From NCBI GenBank assembly GCA_910579645.1, contig CAJTVK010000005.1, positions 703 to 64,702 of the forward strand: a stretch of DNA of 64,000 nt, given 5' to 3'. Position numbers and translations under genes: made by a program. Each line of letters opens with the position of its first letter. Position 1 is the stretch's first letter. This document shows, in pieces, positions 48,221 to 60,042 of this stretch. Source of the stretch: an uncultured Lachnospiraceae bacterium (GTDB lineage: Bacteria; Bacillota; Clostridia; Lachnospirales; Lachnospiraceae). The notes beneath the pieces were generated by a model, which was not told the origin of the DNA, searched no databases, and saw nothing but the letters and a program-made list of their open reading frames with translations.

Positions 48221-49588
48221 CTATCCTTCCGCTGCGGACGCACCGGCCGCATACCCGGTAGACCAGGCAATCTGCAGATTGAATCCGCCGGTCAGCGCAT
48301 CCACATCCAAAATCTCCCCTGCAAAATACAGTCCCTTCACCTTTTTGGATTCCATCGTGGAAGGATTCACTTCCTTTACATGAATGCCGCCTCTGGTAAT
48401 GACCGCCTCCGCATAATCCCTCGTTCCCTCCACCGTCATTTCCAAGTTTTTCATAAGCCGGGCAAACTGCTGCCGTTCTTCCTTCGTTATCCCGCACACT
48501 TTCTTTTCCCCGTCTATGCCGGACAACATAACCATCACCGGAATCAGTTTTGCCGGAAACAGCCCACCCAAAGCATTTTTAAACTGTTTGTTCCGGTTTT
48601 CCTCGAAATCCCTCAGAAGCCGTCTGTCCAACTGTTCCGGCGACAGCGCAGGCTTTAAGTCTATATGCAGTTTTACCTCCCGCCGCTTCTTACCTCCTGC
48701 ATAAAAGCTGCTGGCACTCAGGATAAGAGGGCCGCTTACGCCGAAATGGGTAAACAGCATCTCCCCAAACCCCTCATAAAAAGGCTTCTTCCCCTTCTCC
48801 GACAGTTCCAAAGACACATTCTTCAATGACAGCCCCTGCAGCTGCCTGCACCACGGTTCCCTTATAGTAAAAGGAACCAACGCCGGAAATGTTTCCTTTA
48901 CCGTATGCCCTGCCTCCGCCGCCATCCGGTAACCGTCTCCGGTAGAGCCTGTCAGCGGATAAGCCAGCCCTCCGGTCGCCACTATCACTGCGTCTGCCTT
49001 TACGGCCGTCCCGTCCGCCAGCCTTACGCCCTTTACCGTTTTTATATCGGAAGGAATCCCTCCGTCTGCCATAGTACTTTTGTCCGGCGAAGCTTTTTTA
49101 TCCGCCGAGACTTCTCTATCCGATAAAGCTTCTCCGTCCGGCAGCGCTTCTTTGCCCGGCTCCTTCTCTTCCCCTTCCAGTATCAGTGCCTTCACTTCTT
49201 TCCCCAGCCGCAGTTCCGCCCCCTGCTTCTTCAGCTGGCCGGTCAAGGCCGCTATGACATCCGAAGAATGGTCGGAAACAGGAAACACCCTTTCGCCCCG
49301 CTCCGTTTTCAAAGCACATCCCGCCTTCTCAAACCACTCCATCACCCTGCGGTTATCAAAACCGTAAAACGCACTGTACAAAAACTTCGGATTGGTGACC
49401 ACATGCCCGAACAATTCTTCCGGTTCACAGGCATTGGTCAGATTGCATCTGCCTTTGCCCGTAATAAACAGCTTCCGCCCCGGTTTCTCATTCTTTTCAA
49501 ACAGAACCACCCGGCAGCCCTGCCGTGCCGCCTCCGCGGCAGCCATCATCCCGGCGGCGCCGCCTCCAATTACAATCACTTTTCTCAT
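48221..49588 (-). CDS. HI0933/BaiN-family flavoprotein
   Basis: GGGAAG, ITGKGRCNLTN, LFTHFGVSGP, TGGFNLQ.AWSTG. Confidence 0.9.
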   Translation of the reverse strand: MRKVIVIGGGAAGMMAAAEAARQGCRVVLFEKNEKPGRKLFITGKGRCNLTNACEPEELFGHVVTNPKFLYSAFYGFDNRRVMEWFEKAGCALKTERGERVFPVSDHSSDVIAALTGQLKKQGAELRLGKEVKALILEGEEKEPGKEALPDGEALSDREVSADKKASPDKSTMADGGIPSDIKTVKGVRLADGTAVKADAVIVATGGLAYPLTGSTGDGYRMAAEAGHTVKETFPALVPFTIREPWCRQLQGLSLKNVSLELSEKGKKPFYEGFGEMLFTHFGVSGPLILSASSFYAGGKKRREVKLHIDLKPALSPEQLDRRLLRDFEENRNKQFKNALGGLFPAKLIPVMVMLSGIDGEKKVCGITKEERQQFARLMKNLEMTVEGTRDYAEAVITRGGIHVKEVNPSTMESKKVKGLYFAGEILDVDALTGGFNLQIAWSTGYAAGASAAEG

Positions 49589-49672
49589 TCTCTCCGATTC
49601 CTCTGCTTTCTTCGGATAAACCAATCCTGTCCGCCGGACAGCAGCCCCCTTCCCCCGTTGTACGCGGCCGTA

Positions 49673-50641
49673 TCACAGGCCCGACGCACCGTCTTCCTGC
49701 CGCAGGGCATCCGTCCCTTTCATCAGCGGGTAATCCAACATCGGCTCTTCATCTATAAAATTAATTTCGTCATTCAGATATACCTGATAGTTGTTCCAGA
49801 CTTTCTCCAATTCTTCCAGGTTCTGCTTCACCTGGGCAGGCCTTTTCAGGCACAGTGCCACCATCAGGGCATTGATCAGGCTCAAAGGCGCCACCAAAGA
49901 GTCCACAATGGAGACCATATCGCTTCTGGCAAGCAGATTACAGGAAGAATACAGATTCATGGGCGAATGGACACTGTCCGTAATGGCAATTACCTTTGCG
50001 TTCCTGTCATTGGCAAATTCCATTGCTTTCAGCGTACGCATGGAATATCTGGGAAAACTGATTCCCACCATAGCGTCGCGCTCATTAATCCGGATCATCT
50101 GTTCAAAGATTTCGCTCACGCTGGTAGTCCGAAGCAATATGACATTTCCCCGGATCATATTCAGATAAAACTGCAGGAAGCCGGCCAGCGGCTCACAGCT
50201 GCGGATACCTACCACATATACCGTTTCCGCCTCCAATATAATATCCACTGCCATCTCAAAGGACGTGCCGTCCAGATGGTCTATGGTATCCTGGATTTTC
50301 TCTATGTCCGACTGCAGCACGGAGGTAAGCACTTCCGACTGTGTCCGCCTTCCGTATTTCACCCCGATTTTCTGCACCGAATTCAGCTTGTCCTTCACCC
50401 ACTCTTCCAAAGCCGCCTGAAATTCCGGATATCCGTCATATCCGATTCCGGAAGCAAAGCGCACCACTGTAGATTCGCTGACTCCTACCGTTTCCCCCAA
50501 TTTCGCTGCCGTCATAAACACTGCCTGCTCGTAAGATCCGGTAATATAAGCAGCAATCGCTTTATGGCTCTTGCTCATCTTCGGATACCTGTCACTTATC
50601 CTCGATATAATATCGCCGCCCGTTTTATCGCTCTTCTCCAT
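49673..50641 (-). CDS. RpiR/MurR-family regulator
   Basis: VSESTVVRFA..GY.GYPEFQ HTH plus SIS domain ISFPRYS, ITDS. Confidence 0.9.
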   Translation of the reverse strand: MEKSDKTGGDIISRISDRYPKMSKSHKAIAAYITGSYEQAVFMTAAKLGETVGVSESTVVRFASGIGYDGYPEFQAALEEWVKDKLNSVQKIGVKYGRRTQSEVLTSVLQSDIEKIQDTIDHLDGTSFEMAVDIILEAETVYVVGIRSCEPLAGFLQFYLNMIRGNVILLRTTSVSEIFEQMIRINERDAMVGISFPRYSMRTLKAMEFANDRNAKVIAITDSVHSPMNLYSSCNLLARSDMVSIVDSLVAPLSLINALMVALCLKRPAQVKQNLEELEKVWNNYQVYLNDEINFIDEEPMLDYPLMKGTDALRQEDGASGL

Positions 50642-50944
50642 CTGTACCTGCCCTTTTCTTCCTTCCTAAAGTATATCTGACTGTCCATATCCCTGCCCAT
50701 TCCCATAATCCCAAATCAGTATAACATATCTGATATGAGATTTCACTAACTATTTGGATACACGCAGAAAAACCCAAATTGATTTCCGTAAAATACACAT
50801 AAGATTTATCCCAAAAGACTTTGTCAATATCCCCCCACCTATGATAATATAAAACTATCAAAACATGGAATAATAATAAAATATGGAATAATGAAGAAAT
50901 AGAATAATAAGAAGAAAGAATCTGACAGCAGGAGATGAAAAAAC

Positions 50945-52477
50945 ATGGAACGGAACCGCACTTATATTGCCATTGACTTAAAATCTTTCTACGCTTCCGT
51001 GGAATGCGTAGAAAGGCAGCTGGATCCCATGAACACAAATCTGGTTGTGGCCGATGCATCAAGGACGGAAAAAACAATCTGTCTGGCCGTATCCCCTGCC
51101 CTGAAATCCTATGGCATTTCCGGCCGGGCAAGACTGTTCGAAGTCGTGCAGAGAGTCAGGGATGTGAATCTTCAGCGTAAAGCTCACGCCCCGGAACACA
51201 AATTCCTCGGTGAATCCTATTTTGCGGACGAACTGCGGCAGCACCCGGAATTTTCCGTCTCCTACATCATCGCCCCTCCCCGCATGGCACACTATATGGA
51301 ATACAGTGCCAAAATATATGAAATTTATCTCAAATATATTGCTCCGGAGGACATCCATGTATATTCCATTGACGAAGTATTTATCGATGCCACCGCCTAC
51401 TTAAAGACCTATTCCCTCACAGGCAGGGAATTTGCCATGAAAATCATGCAGGACATCTTCACGCAGACCGGCATCACTGCCACTGCCGGCATCGGCACAA
51501 ACCTTTATCTATGCAAGGTCGCCATGGATATTGTGGCAAAGCATGTGGAGCCCGACAAAAACGGAACCCGCATTGTCGAACTGGATGAAATGAAATATCG
51601 GGAACTTTTATGGGATCATAAGCCCATTACCGACTTCTGGCGGGTCGGCCACGGATATGCCAAAAAGTTAGCGGAAAACGGAATGTTCACCATGGGAGAT
51701 ATCGCCAGATGCTCCGTGGGCAGTGACCGGAACTATTATAATGAAGAACTGCTATATAAATTATTCGGAATCAATGCCGAACTTCTCATTGACCATGCAT
51801 GGGGATGGGAGCCCGTGACACTGGATCTCATTAAGCAATATAAGCCGGAAACAAACTGCTTAAGTTCCGGCCAGGTACTCCAATGCCCTTACGACTTTGA
51901 AATGGCAAGGCTCATTGTCAAAGAAATGACCGACATGCTTGTCCTGGATCTGGTGGAAAAGAAGCTGATCACAGACCAGATAACGCTTACCATCGGGTAT
52001 GATGCCGACAATCTGAAAAATCCTGAAATCAGCAGAAACTACCAAGGGGAAGTCACCGTAAATCACTACGGAAAAAAAGTCCCGAAGCATGCCCACGGCA
52101 CAGCCAATCTCGGGAAACCCACATCCTCTGCCCGGCAAATCATGGAGGCCGTCCTAAACCTTTACGGACGCATCGCGGACCCTCAGCTTCTCATCCGCAG
52201 AATTAATATTACGGCAAATCATCTGACTGACGAATCCGCAGCCAAAGAACCGGGACAGGACTCCTTCGTCCAAATGGATTTGTTTACGGATTACGAAGCC
52301 TTGGAAAAGCAGAAGGAAAAAGAGGAAGCCGCCTTGAAAAAAGAACGGGCAATGCAGGAGGCCATTCTTTCCGTCCGAAAAAAATACGGAAAGAATGCCA
52401 TTTTAAAAGGCATGAATCTGGAGAAAGGCGCGACGGCCATCGAAAGAAATCATCAGATTGGAGGACATAAAGCATAA
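50945..52477 (+). CDS. Y-family DNA polymerase (UmuC/UvrX-like)
   Basis: IDLKSFYASVE, YSIDE, GGHKA C-terminus. Confidence 0.9.
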   Translation: MERNRTYIAIDLKSFYASVECVERQLDPMNTNLVVADASRTEKTICLAVSPALKSYGISGRARLFEVVQRVRDVNLQRKAHAPEHKFLGESYFADELRQHPEFSVSYIIAPPRMAHYMEYSAKIYEIYLKYIAPEDIHVYSIDEVFIDATAYLKTYSLTGREFAMKIMQDIFTQTGITATAGIGTNLYLCKVAMDIVAKHVEPDKNGTRIVELDEMKYRELLWDHKPITDFWRVGHGYAKKLAENGMFTMGDIARCSVGSDRNYYNEELLYKLFGINAELLIDHAWGWEPVTLDLIKQYKPETNCLSSGQVLQCPYDFEMARLIVKEMTDMLVLDLVEKKLITDQITLTIGYDADNLKNPEISRNYQGEVTVNHYGKKVPKHAHGTANLGKPTSSARQIMEAVLNLYGRIADPQLLIRRINITANHLTDESAAKEPGQDSFVQMDLFTDYEALEKQKEKEEAALKKERAMQEAILSVRKKYGKNAILKGMNLEKGATAIERNHQIGGHKA

Positions 52478-52905
52478 TGGGACAATACGACGATATCATC
52501 CATCTTCCTCACCATGTATCCGCCAGGCATCCGCAAATGCCGGCCTCGGACCGGGCCGCACAATTTTCGCCGTTCGCCGCTCTGACCGGATATGAAGCCG
52601 CGATTGCCGAAACTGCCAGGCTGACCGACCGGAAACCGGAACTGGACGAAAGCAAAAAAGAAGAACTGGACATAAAGCTTCAGCTTATCAGAGAACACCT
52701 TTCCATGAAGCCGCAGGCTGCCATCACCTATTTTGTCCCTGATTCCCGGAAAGAGGGAGGCTCCTACTTTCAGGTTACGGGAACCGTGAAAAAAATAGAA
52801 GATCGGGAACACCGGATTATCATGGAAAACGGAACTTCCATACCTTTCCATGATATTTATGAAATCAAAGGCTCCGTTGCGGAAAACATGGATGAAATAC
52901 TATGA
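52477..52905 (+). CDS. YolD-like accessory protein
   Basis: RAAQFSPFAALTGY; coupled to Y-family polymerase. Confidence 0.8.
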   Translation: MGQYDDIIHLPHHVSARHPQMPASDRAAQFSPFAALTGYEAAIAETARLTDRKPELDESKKEELDIKLQLIREHLSMKPQAAITYFVPDSRKEGGSYFQVTGTVKKIEDREHRIIMENGTSIPFHDIYEIKGSVAENMDEIL

Positions 52906-52957
52906 CAGTTCCTTAGGCTCTGAAGTCAGATGTAAAGATGAATTCCTTAACGGTTCC

Positions 52958-53257
52958 TTACCCGCCAATCCCGGACATTCTCCACTCATGCGCATAATAG
53001 TTATACCTCAGCCGGAATGTTCTCTGCGTTCCGTATAAGGAGGCGGTACAGACAAAATTCGCCCCAAGGGAACTACGTTCCTGACTGGCAGAAACAATCT
53101 TATCAATATGGATTGTTACGATTTCATCATTCCTGTCCTGAAACCGAAACCGCATGGGTGTGATTTTCCCGTTGGTATCCGTACATGATATCATCTGCAC
53201 CGGAATATCAACACATAAAATACTTTCCATCACAGACCTCCCGTTATTTTCCGTCAT
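52958..53257 (-). CDS. Conserved hypothetical protein (likely start 53230)
   Basis: GGAGG RBS before MESILC; G.ITP.RFR pattern. Confidence 0.55.
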   Translation of the reverse strand: MTENNGRSVMESILCVDIPVQMISCTDTNGKITPMRFRFQDRNDEIVTIHIDKIVSASQERSSLGANFVCTASLYGTQRTFRLRYNYYAHEWRMSGIGG

Positions 53258-53484
53258 CAGACCATTTCATTCCTTCCCCCGCAAAACTCATTCTCCTATC
53301 TATTATTCCGATTTACATATAATATATCACTTCCGCCCCTTTCCATTTATTGTCAGCAGAGCAGGGGCGCCAAGCAAACTAATTTTCCTTGATACCCCTG
53401 TTCTGCCGGCCTTTCATTTCCCATGCCTCTCTCTATCCGCATCAGCCGCAAATTTATGTATGGGGCATGCGGGCAAAGCCGCAG

Positions 53485-55098
53485 TCACCCCGTATACTTC
53501 TCTATTACCGCCCCCAGCCTCTCAGGATACTTTTCCGCCCATTCCTCATACAGCATCCCTTCCTTTTCCACCATTCTTCCCAGTTCTGCCAGAAATTCCG
53601 GAATATCTTCTGCCAGAATCGACTTGCCCATATCCGCAAGTACCTCCTTTCCCTGAACCGGGCAGCCTCCGGTAAAAACAGCGAATGCCGGTCTGGGTCC
53701 TTCCGGTGTCTGGCGGATGCCGCCACGGAAGCCTATCCTTCCGATCTGATGTGTTCCGCAGGAGGAAGGACAGCCGGAAATGTGTATCCTTGGAAGGACG
53801 CCATCGGCAAAGCCTTCCCTGCGGACTCTTTCTATACAGGCATTTAATAATGCCTGAGAATCGCCGATGCCAACCTGGCAGACGGAAGCCCCGATACAGG
53901 CTACGGAAGTCTCGAAAAGAGTTTGGGCACCGTCTTTTGTGGCGGAGAGGATTTCCTCCGCTTCCGCGCCATTGCAGTTTACCACATAAAGTCCTTCTTT
54001 AGGAGTCAGACGAATCTCCACCCCTTCCATAGGTTTTATCAGATGATAAAGCCGGATGACCTGAGCAGGAGTGAGCATTCCGCCTGCGGGCTGATAATAC
54101 ACGGCATAAAGCCCCTCCTGCTTTTGCGGAACGACGCGCTTATCGGATAAAATATGGCTCTTCACGGGAGTTTTCTGCTTTGTGACAGGGCGCACGGCCT
54201 CCTGATATTCCTCTGAAGCCATATATTCCGAAAGTTCCGGAACTTGGCCGGATTGAGAAGCAGGGGCTGTCCCCCCGTTGTGTGATGCGACTATCTCTTC
54301 CAGCTTTTCCAGGTAAGCTTTCCGGAAGCCGTCCTCGCCTAATTCCTCCGCCATAAAACGGGTTCTTGACTTGGCGCGGTTTTCATAATTTCCATAAGCC
54401 ACAAAGGTTTCTACCATGGCCTTGATGTAGTAAAGAATCTTATCGGGAGAAATATCTCTCGCAACGCAGATTCCAAGGGATGGTTTTATGCCCAGCCCTC
54501 CGGCCGCATAAACGTCAAAGGTATGGCCCGGCCCGGCCACAAAGCCCAAGTCACGGAAAGTCGCGTGGGTTTCATTTTCCGGCCGGGAAGAAAAACAGAC
54601 CTTCAGCTTACGCGGAAATTTCACTTCCTTGATAAAGCCCATCAGATATTCTCCCGCAGCAACGGCATAGGGCATTACATCAAAATATTCCTCCTTTTGA
54701 AGACCTGATAAAGGGGTGGCCATTACATTCCGAGGGAAATCCCCGCCGCCTCCCCGGGAAATCATTCCCGCCTGCCAAGCTTCTTTCATCAGATCACATA
54801 GCTTCCCCGCTTCCAAATCATGTAGCTGGACGGACTGGCAGGTGGTCATTTTTAACCGTCCGATTTCGTATTTATCGATGCTCTCCGCAATGAATTTGAG
54901 TCTTTCCTTCGTAAGGCGGCCGCCGGCCATACGAAGCCGCAGCATGTGCTTCCGGCCGCCGCGCTGAGCATAGCTTCCAAAACCGCCGGAAAATTTCTTA
55001 TATTCGGCCACAGAGAGTTCTCCCTTATGAAATTGCATGGTTTTTTCCCGAAATTCCTCAAGGTCGGGAAGGAATTCGGTGAAATAGTCTTTGGGCAT
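53485..55098 (-). CDS. Ferredoxin-dependent nitrite/sulfite reductase-like protein
   Basis: MLRLR, PRKLK, DLGF, C.G...C and ISGCPSSC siroheme/Fe-S motif. Confidence 0.85.
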   Translation of the reverse strand: MPKDYFTEFLPDLEEFREKTMQFHKGELSVAEYKKFSGGFGSYAQRGGRKHMLRLRMAGGRLTKERLKFIAESIDKYEIGRLKMTTCQSVQLHDLEAGKLCDLMKEAWQAGMISRGGGGDFPRNVMATPLSGLQKEEYFDVMPYAVAAGEYLMGFIKEVKFPRKLKVCFSSRPENETHATFRDLGFVAGPGHTFDVYAAGGLGIKPSLGICVARDISPDKILYYIKAMVETFVAYGNYENRAKSRTRFMAEELGEDGFRKAYLEKLEEIVASHNGGTAPASQSGQVPELSEYMASEEYQEAVRPVTKQKTPVKSHILSDKRVVPQKQEGLYAVYYQPAGGMLTPAQVIRLYHLIKPMEGVEIRLTPKEGLYVVNCNGAEAEEILSATKDGAQTLFETSVACIGASVCQVGIGDSQALLNACIERVRREGFADGVLPRIHISGCPSSCGTHQIGRIGFRGGIRQTPEGPRPAFAVFTGGCPVQGKEVLADMGKSILAEDIPEFLAELGRMVEKEGMLYEEWAEKYPERLGAVIEKYTG

Positions 55099-55368
55099 AG
55101 TTCGGTATCCTCCTTTTTGTCAACATAAACCCGCTTGCAAAACGTACGGCAGGAACGGTTCCGCCTTCGGCTTCCCTGTTACGCACGGCATCCGCTGTCT
55201 ATTCCTATTATTGACCAAGAGCGGATAAATACACCTTCCCGGTTAAAAATCCTTTCAACGACTCAACTGCTTTATGTACAAGCAGGAAAACTCTTCACGA
55301 CCCCTCTTCCGCCTTGCCCTGACGCAAACATCAAGCACTGATTACTCAAGGATTAATGCAATGATGTA

Positions 55369-55534
55369 CTAGAGCGTGTTTGAAAATTCATTCCTGCCAT
55401 CTGTACGTCCCACTTTGCGTGATTTTTAACCCAAATTCAGTCAACGTAGCCCGCTACGCCTCCTTCATTTGGGTCAAAACTCGCACAAATTGTGACGCAC
55501 ATCTGGCAGAAAGCAATTTTCAAACACGCTCTAG
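55369..55534. repeat. MITE-like long hairpin element
   Basis: Perfect 20-bp terminal IR CTAGAGCGTGTTTGAAAATT / AATTTTCAAACACGCTCTAG. Confidence 0.8.
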
Positions 55535-55661
55535 AAGACAGAAAAAAGGATATCAAAGGATTAATTTCCCTTGATACCCCTTTTTTCCTGCATTTCTGAC
55601 TATCGGATTTTTGGAAGATTCTTATTGCTTATCGTTCATGACGATTCATTTCCGAAGAAAC

Positions 55662-56408
55662 TTAATAGTTCACGATTTTTCCGAAATCCGGCTTCAAAGC
55701 TGCGCCGCCCACTAAGCCGCCGTCAATATCCGGCTGGCTGAACAGTTCCGGAGCCGTCGCCGCATTCACGGAGCCGCCGTACTGAATACGGATAGCGGCT
55801 GCGGTGGCATCGTCATAGATTTCTCCGATGCAGTCACGGATTGCTTTGCACACTTCCTGTGCCTGTTCCGTAGTTGCCGTCTTGCCTGTGCCGATTGCCC
55901 AGATAGGCTCATAAGCGATAACTGCCGTTGCTGCCTGCTCTGCCGTGACATTGAGGAACGCAATTTTAATCTGCTGACGGATCCAGTCAATGGTAATGCC
56001 CTGTTCCCGCTGTGTCAGAGATTCCCCGCAGCAGATAATCGGCGTAATGTTATGTTCAAATGCTTTCAGTACTTTCTTGTTCACTGTCTCATCGGTTTCC
56101 GCAAAATATTCCCTTCTCTCGGAGTGGCCGATGATTACATACTTCACGCCCGCGTCGGTAAGCATATTCGGGGAAATTTCTCCCGTATAAGCGCCCTTTT
56201 CCTCAAAATACATATTTTCCGCACCAATCTGGATATTGGTTCCTTTGGCTGCTTCCATTGCAGGAATAATGTCAATGGCAGGCACGCAGAATACTACATC
56301 TGCTTCTTCCGTAGCTACCAACGGTTTCAATGTATTCACTAATTCCACTGCTTCGCTGGGAGTCATGTTCATCTTCCAGTTGCCGGCAATAATTTTCTTT
56401 CTGGCCAT
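55662..56408 (-). CDS. tpiA: Triosephosphate isomerase
   Basis: [23 protein letters not shown]. Confidence 0.97.
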   Translation of the reverse strand: MARKKIIAGNWKMNMTPSEAVELVNTLKPLVATEEADVVFCVPAIDIIPAMEAAKGTNIQIGAENMYFEEKGAYTGEISPNMLTDAGVKYVIIGHSERREYFAETDETVNKKVLKAFEHNITPIICCGESLTQREQGITIDWIRQQIKIAFLNVTAEQAATAVIAYEPIWAIGTGKTATTEQAQEVCKAIRDCIGEIYDDATAAAIRIQYGGSVNAATAPELFSQPDIDGGLVGGAALKPDFGKIVNY

Positions 56409-56517
56409 TTTTTTCTCTCCTTTATTTATTCACTTTGCTTCTTTCGGCAGGCAGCCGCCCTTTCTGCACCCGGACGGCTGCCCCGTGAATCACATCCCCG
56501 CACTGCGGAGTCACTTA

Positions 56518-57741
56518 TTATTTATCGTCAGCCGCTACCACGCCCGGCAATTCCTTCCCCTCTAAGAATTCAAGGGAAGCGCCGCCGCCGGTGGAAATAT
56601 GGCTCATCTTGTCGGCAAACCCTAACTGGTTCACTGCCGCCGCGCTGTCACCGCCGCCGATAATCGTCGTAGCGTCCGTCTCAGCCAAAGCCTTTGCCAC
56701 CGCTATCGTGCCTTTTGCAAGAATCGGATTCTCAAATACGCCCATAGGCCCGTTCCAAACAACGGTCTTCGCGGATTTCACTGCTTCCGCATACAGTTCT
56801 GCCGTCTTTTCACCGATGTCAAGACCTTCCATATCGGCAGGAATCTTGTCGGCATCTACCATGGATACTTCGATTTCCGCATCGATGGGATTCGGGAAGC
56901 CGGCTGCGATGGTGGTGTCTACGGGAAGCAGCAGTTTCTTACCTAATTTCTCCGCTTTCTCCATCATTTCCTTGCAGTAGTCAAGTTTCTCTTCGTCTAC
57001 CAGCGAATTGCCGATTTCATATCCCTTTGCCTTTAAGAAAGTGAATGCCATGCCGCCGCCGATGATAAGCGTGTCGCATTTCTCCAACAGGTTATTGATG
57101 ACATTCAGCTTATCCGCAACTTTTGCGCCGCCTAAGATTGCAACGAAAGGCCTTACCGGATTTTCTACGGCATTTCCGAGGAAATCTATTTCTTTCTGCA
57201 TCAGGTAACCTACTGCACACTCGCCGCCCTTTGCACGCACTACATCCGTCACGCCGGCAACGGAAGCATGCGCCCTGTGGGAAGATCCGAATGCATCGCA
57301 TACATATACGTCTGCAAGGTCAGCCAGTTCTTTACTGAACTCTTCGCCGTTCTTTGTCTCTTCTTTTCCGCGGAAACGGGTATTCTGGAGCAATACCACA
57401 TCTCCTTCTTTCATAGCCTCTACCGCTGCCGTAGCCGCTTCGCCTGTTACATTATAATCAGCCACGAAATTAACTTCTTTGCCAAGTTTCTCGGAAAGCC
57501 TCTTGGCAACCGGCGCCAAGGACTCGCCTTCGTTAGGGCCGTTCTTTACTTTGCCAAGGTGAGAGCAGAGAATCACTTTCCCGCCGTCCTTCAGCAGCTT
57601 CTGAATCGTAGGAAGCGCCGCTACAATACGGGTCTCGTCCGTAATCTCACCGTTCTTCAGCGGCACATTGAAGTCGCATCTTACAAGGACGCGCTTTCCG
57701 CTGACATTAATATCATCTACCGATTTCTTATTTAACCCCAT
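56518..57741 (-). CDS. pgk: Phosphoglycerate kinase
   Basis: [25 protein letters not shown]. Confidence 0.97.
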   Translation of the reverse strand: MGLNKKSVDDINVSGKRVLVRCDFNVPLKNGEITDETRIVAALPTIQKLLKDGGKVILCSHLGKVKNGPNEGESLAPVAKRLSEKLGKEVNFVADYNVTGEAATAAVEAMKEGDVVLLQNTRFRGKEETKNGEEFSKELADLADVYVCDAFGSSHRAHASVAGVTDVVRAKGGECAVGYLMQKEIDFLGNAVENPVRPFVAILGGAKVADKLNVINNLLEKCDTLIIGGGMAFTFLKAKGYEIGNSLVDEEKLDYCKEMMEKAEKLGKKLLLPVDTTIAAGFPNPIDAEIEVSMVDADKIPADMEGLDIGEKTAELYAEAVKSAKTVVWNGPMGVFENPILAKGTIAVAKALAETDATTIIGGGDSAAAVNQLGFADKMSHISTGGGASLEFLEGKELPGVVAADDK

Positions 57742-57919
57742 GACTATGCCTCCAATAATAAAATAATTAATACATCTGTTTCTGTTTACGGCCGTCTGCC
57801 CGCAGCCCGAACGGCCAAAAGCAGGCTTACAAAAAGGCCCGGTCCATAAGACCGGACCTTTATAGGTCTTTTTATGCCTACTCAGGGCAGCATCCTCTGC
57901 CCGGGACAATCTCCGCAGT

Positions 57920-58921
57920 TTATGCTAACTCAGAGAAATATTTGATTGTCCTTACCATCTGGCTTGTATAGGAGTTCTCATTGTCATACCATGAAACAAC
58001 CTGTACAAGATTGTCAGCGCCAACCATGGTCTGTGTAGCATCAAAGATAGAACCATAGGTGCTTCCTACGATGTCGGAGGAAACGATTTCATCTTCATTG
58101 TATCCGAAGGACTCTGTAGCTGCTGCCTTCATAGCTGCATTGATTTCTTCCTTAGTTACGGATTTCTCAACCGTTGCAACCAAGATTGTGGTAGAACCTG
58201 TCGGTGTAGGAACACGCTGAGCGGAACCGATCAGCTTGCCGTTCAGTTCAGGGATAACAAGGCCGATTGCCTTTGCAGCGCCTGTGGAGTTAGGAACGAT
58301 ATTGACAGCGCCTGCACGGCTTCTTCTCAGATCGCCTTTTCTCTGAGGTCCGTCAAGAATCATCTGATCGCCTGTATAAGCATGGATTGTGCTCATGATA
58401 CCGGATTTGATTCCAGCCAGGTCATTCAGTGCCTTAGCCATAGGAGCCAAGCAGTTTGTTGTGCAGGATGCAGCGGAAATAATTGTATCTTCCGGTTTCA
58501 ATGTCTCATGGTTAACGTTGAAAACGATAGTAGGAAGATCATTTCCTGCAGGTGCAGAGATAACAACCTTGCGCGCGCCGGCATTGATATGAGCCTGTGC
58601 TTTGTCTTTGGATGTATAGAAACCGGTACATTCAAGAACAACGTCTACTTTCAGATCTCCCCAAGGAAGTTTGTTTGCATCTGCTTCTTTATAGATAGTA
58701 ATAGTCTTTCCGTCAACGGTAATGGAATCTTCACCGGCTGTCACTGTGTCAGCTTTTGCATATTTGCCCTGTGAAGAGTCGTATTTCAACAAATGAGCCA
58801 ACATCTTAGGGCTTGTCAAATCGTTGATTGCCACTACTTCGTATCCTTCTGCCCCAAACATCTGTCTGAAAGCAAGACGACCAATACGGCCGAAACCATT
58901 AATTGCTACTCTTACTGCCAT
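57920..58921 (-). CDS. gap: Glyceraldehyde-3-phosphate dehydrogenase
   Basis: [22 protein letters not shown]. Confidence 0.97.
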   Translation of the reverse strand: MAVRVAINGFGRIGRLAFRQMFGAEGYEVVAINDLTSPKMLAHLLKYDSSQGKYAKADTVTAGEDSITVDGKTITIYKEADANKLPWGDLKVDVVLECTGFYTSKDKAQAHINAGARKVVISAPAGNDLPTIVFNVNHETLKPEDTIISAASCTTNCLAPMAKALNDLAGIKSGIMSTIHAYTGDQMILDGPQRKGDLRRSRAGAVNIVPNSTGAAKAIGLVIPELNGKLIGSAQRVPTPTGSTTILVATVEKSVTKEEINAAMKAAATESFGYNEDEIVSSDIVGSTYGSIFDATQTMVGADNLVQVVSWYDNENSYTSQMVRTIKYFSELA

Positions 58922-59114
58922 TTTAGTTTCCTCCTAAAAATGAATTTGTTTATACTATTTTACAACCATTGTAAAATGATTGACAAAATTTTATCAACAA
59001 CTTTATTTTACCTAATTTGTCCCAAAAATTCAAGACATAATTGAAAAATATTTACATTTTAACCTATATTTGTTATGGCGGGCCGGACGGCAAAATTCCG
59101 TCTATGCCGCAAGA

Positions 59115-59933
59115 TTATAATTTAATGTATTGCGGGACTCGTCCGGAAAATATGGCATAATATCGGAAGCCGCAGTTTTTCAGTATTTCTTCCGCACGGG
59201 AAAAGCTTTGGGCAATGCGTCCGGGCACATGTGCGTCGGAGCCTATGGTGACAGTCTCACCGCCCAGTTCCCGGTAACGCCGAATAATGTCCGTGCAGGG
59301 GTTGGGTTCTTTCAGTCCATAACCGATTCCTCCGGTATTGATTTCCAGCCCTTTTCCATGACAGGCCAGCCACTGCAGGATAGTGTCCAGTATTTCTTTG
59401 TATTTTGCGTAACCGTATTCCCTGTCCTTGTTTGGGCCGTACCGCACCACATAGTCCAGATGTCCGTATACGTCAAAATCACGGAACCTTTTTAAATTGT
59501 CCAAAATAGAGGCAAAATATTCGCCGTATGCCTCGCTCTCACTTCTCCCTTCATAAAAATACGGGTAGTAAGGGTCTTTCCGATTGCAGACATGGGAAGA
59601 TGCAATGACGAAATCAAACGCATGCCCGTGCACATAATCTGTCAGTTTTTCCGAAATATGGGGCTGCACCCCGATTTCCACCCCATAGCCGACGGTTATT
59701 CTGTCCGCATATTTCTCCCTGCACTTTTTCAGGCCGCGCCGGTAAGCGTCCGTATCCAGTTCAAACATGCCTGCCTCTTCCGGCTTTACATAGATGAAAT
59801 CCAAATCCATGTGCTCCGTAAAGCACATATGCGTCAAGCCCAGTTCCAACCCTTTCTTTACCATCTCCTCCATCGGAGTCTCGCAATCCCCCGAAAAAGA
59901 GGAATGTAAATGATAATCTGCCAACACTGCCAT
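59115..59933 (-). CDS. Histidinol-phosphatase HisJ-family PHP protein
   Basis: DYHLHS, TEH, GHLD, EINT, GSDAH. Confidence 0.85.
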   Translation of the reverse strand: MAVLADYHLHSSFSGDCETPMEEMVKKGLELGLTHMCFTEHMDLDFIYVKPEEAGMFELDTDAYRRGLKKCREKYADRITVGYGVEIGVQPHISEKLTDYVHGHAFDFVIASSHVCNRKDPYYPYFYEGRSESEAYGEYFASILDNLKRFRDFDVYGHLDYVVRYGPNKDREYGYAKYKEILDTILQWLACHGKGLEINTGGIGYGLKEPNPCTDIIRRYRELGGETVTIGSDAHVPGRIAQSFSRAEEILKNCGFRYYAIFSGRVPQYIKL

Positions 59934-60042
59934 ACTCTGTCCCCCCGTCCCAATTCCGCGGCTTTCTTTTTCAATAATTTCAGGTACGAATATTCCGATT
60001 TATTTTCCGATAACACAGGCAAAAATGCCGCCCTCCGAATAT

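Noticed and set aside
50945..52905. Y-family polymerase-yolD pair as part of the prophage or an ICE
   Set aside because: 25 kb from the prophage, host-like composition, no mobility genes or clear SOS box seen
55100..55360. SAM or T-box riboswitch upstream of the sulfite/nitrite reductase
   Set aside because: No recognisable S-box core or T-box antiterminator sequence
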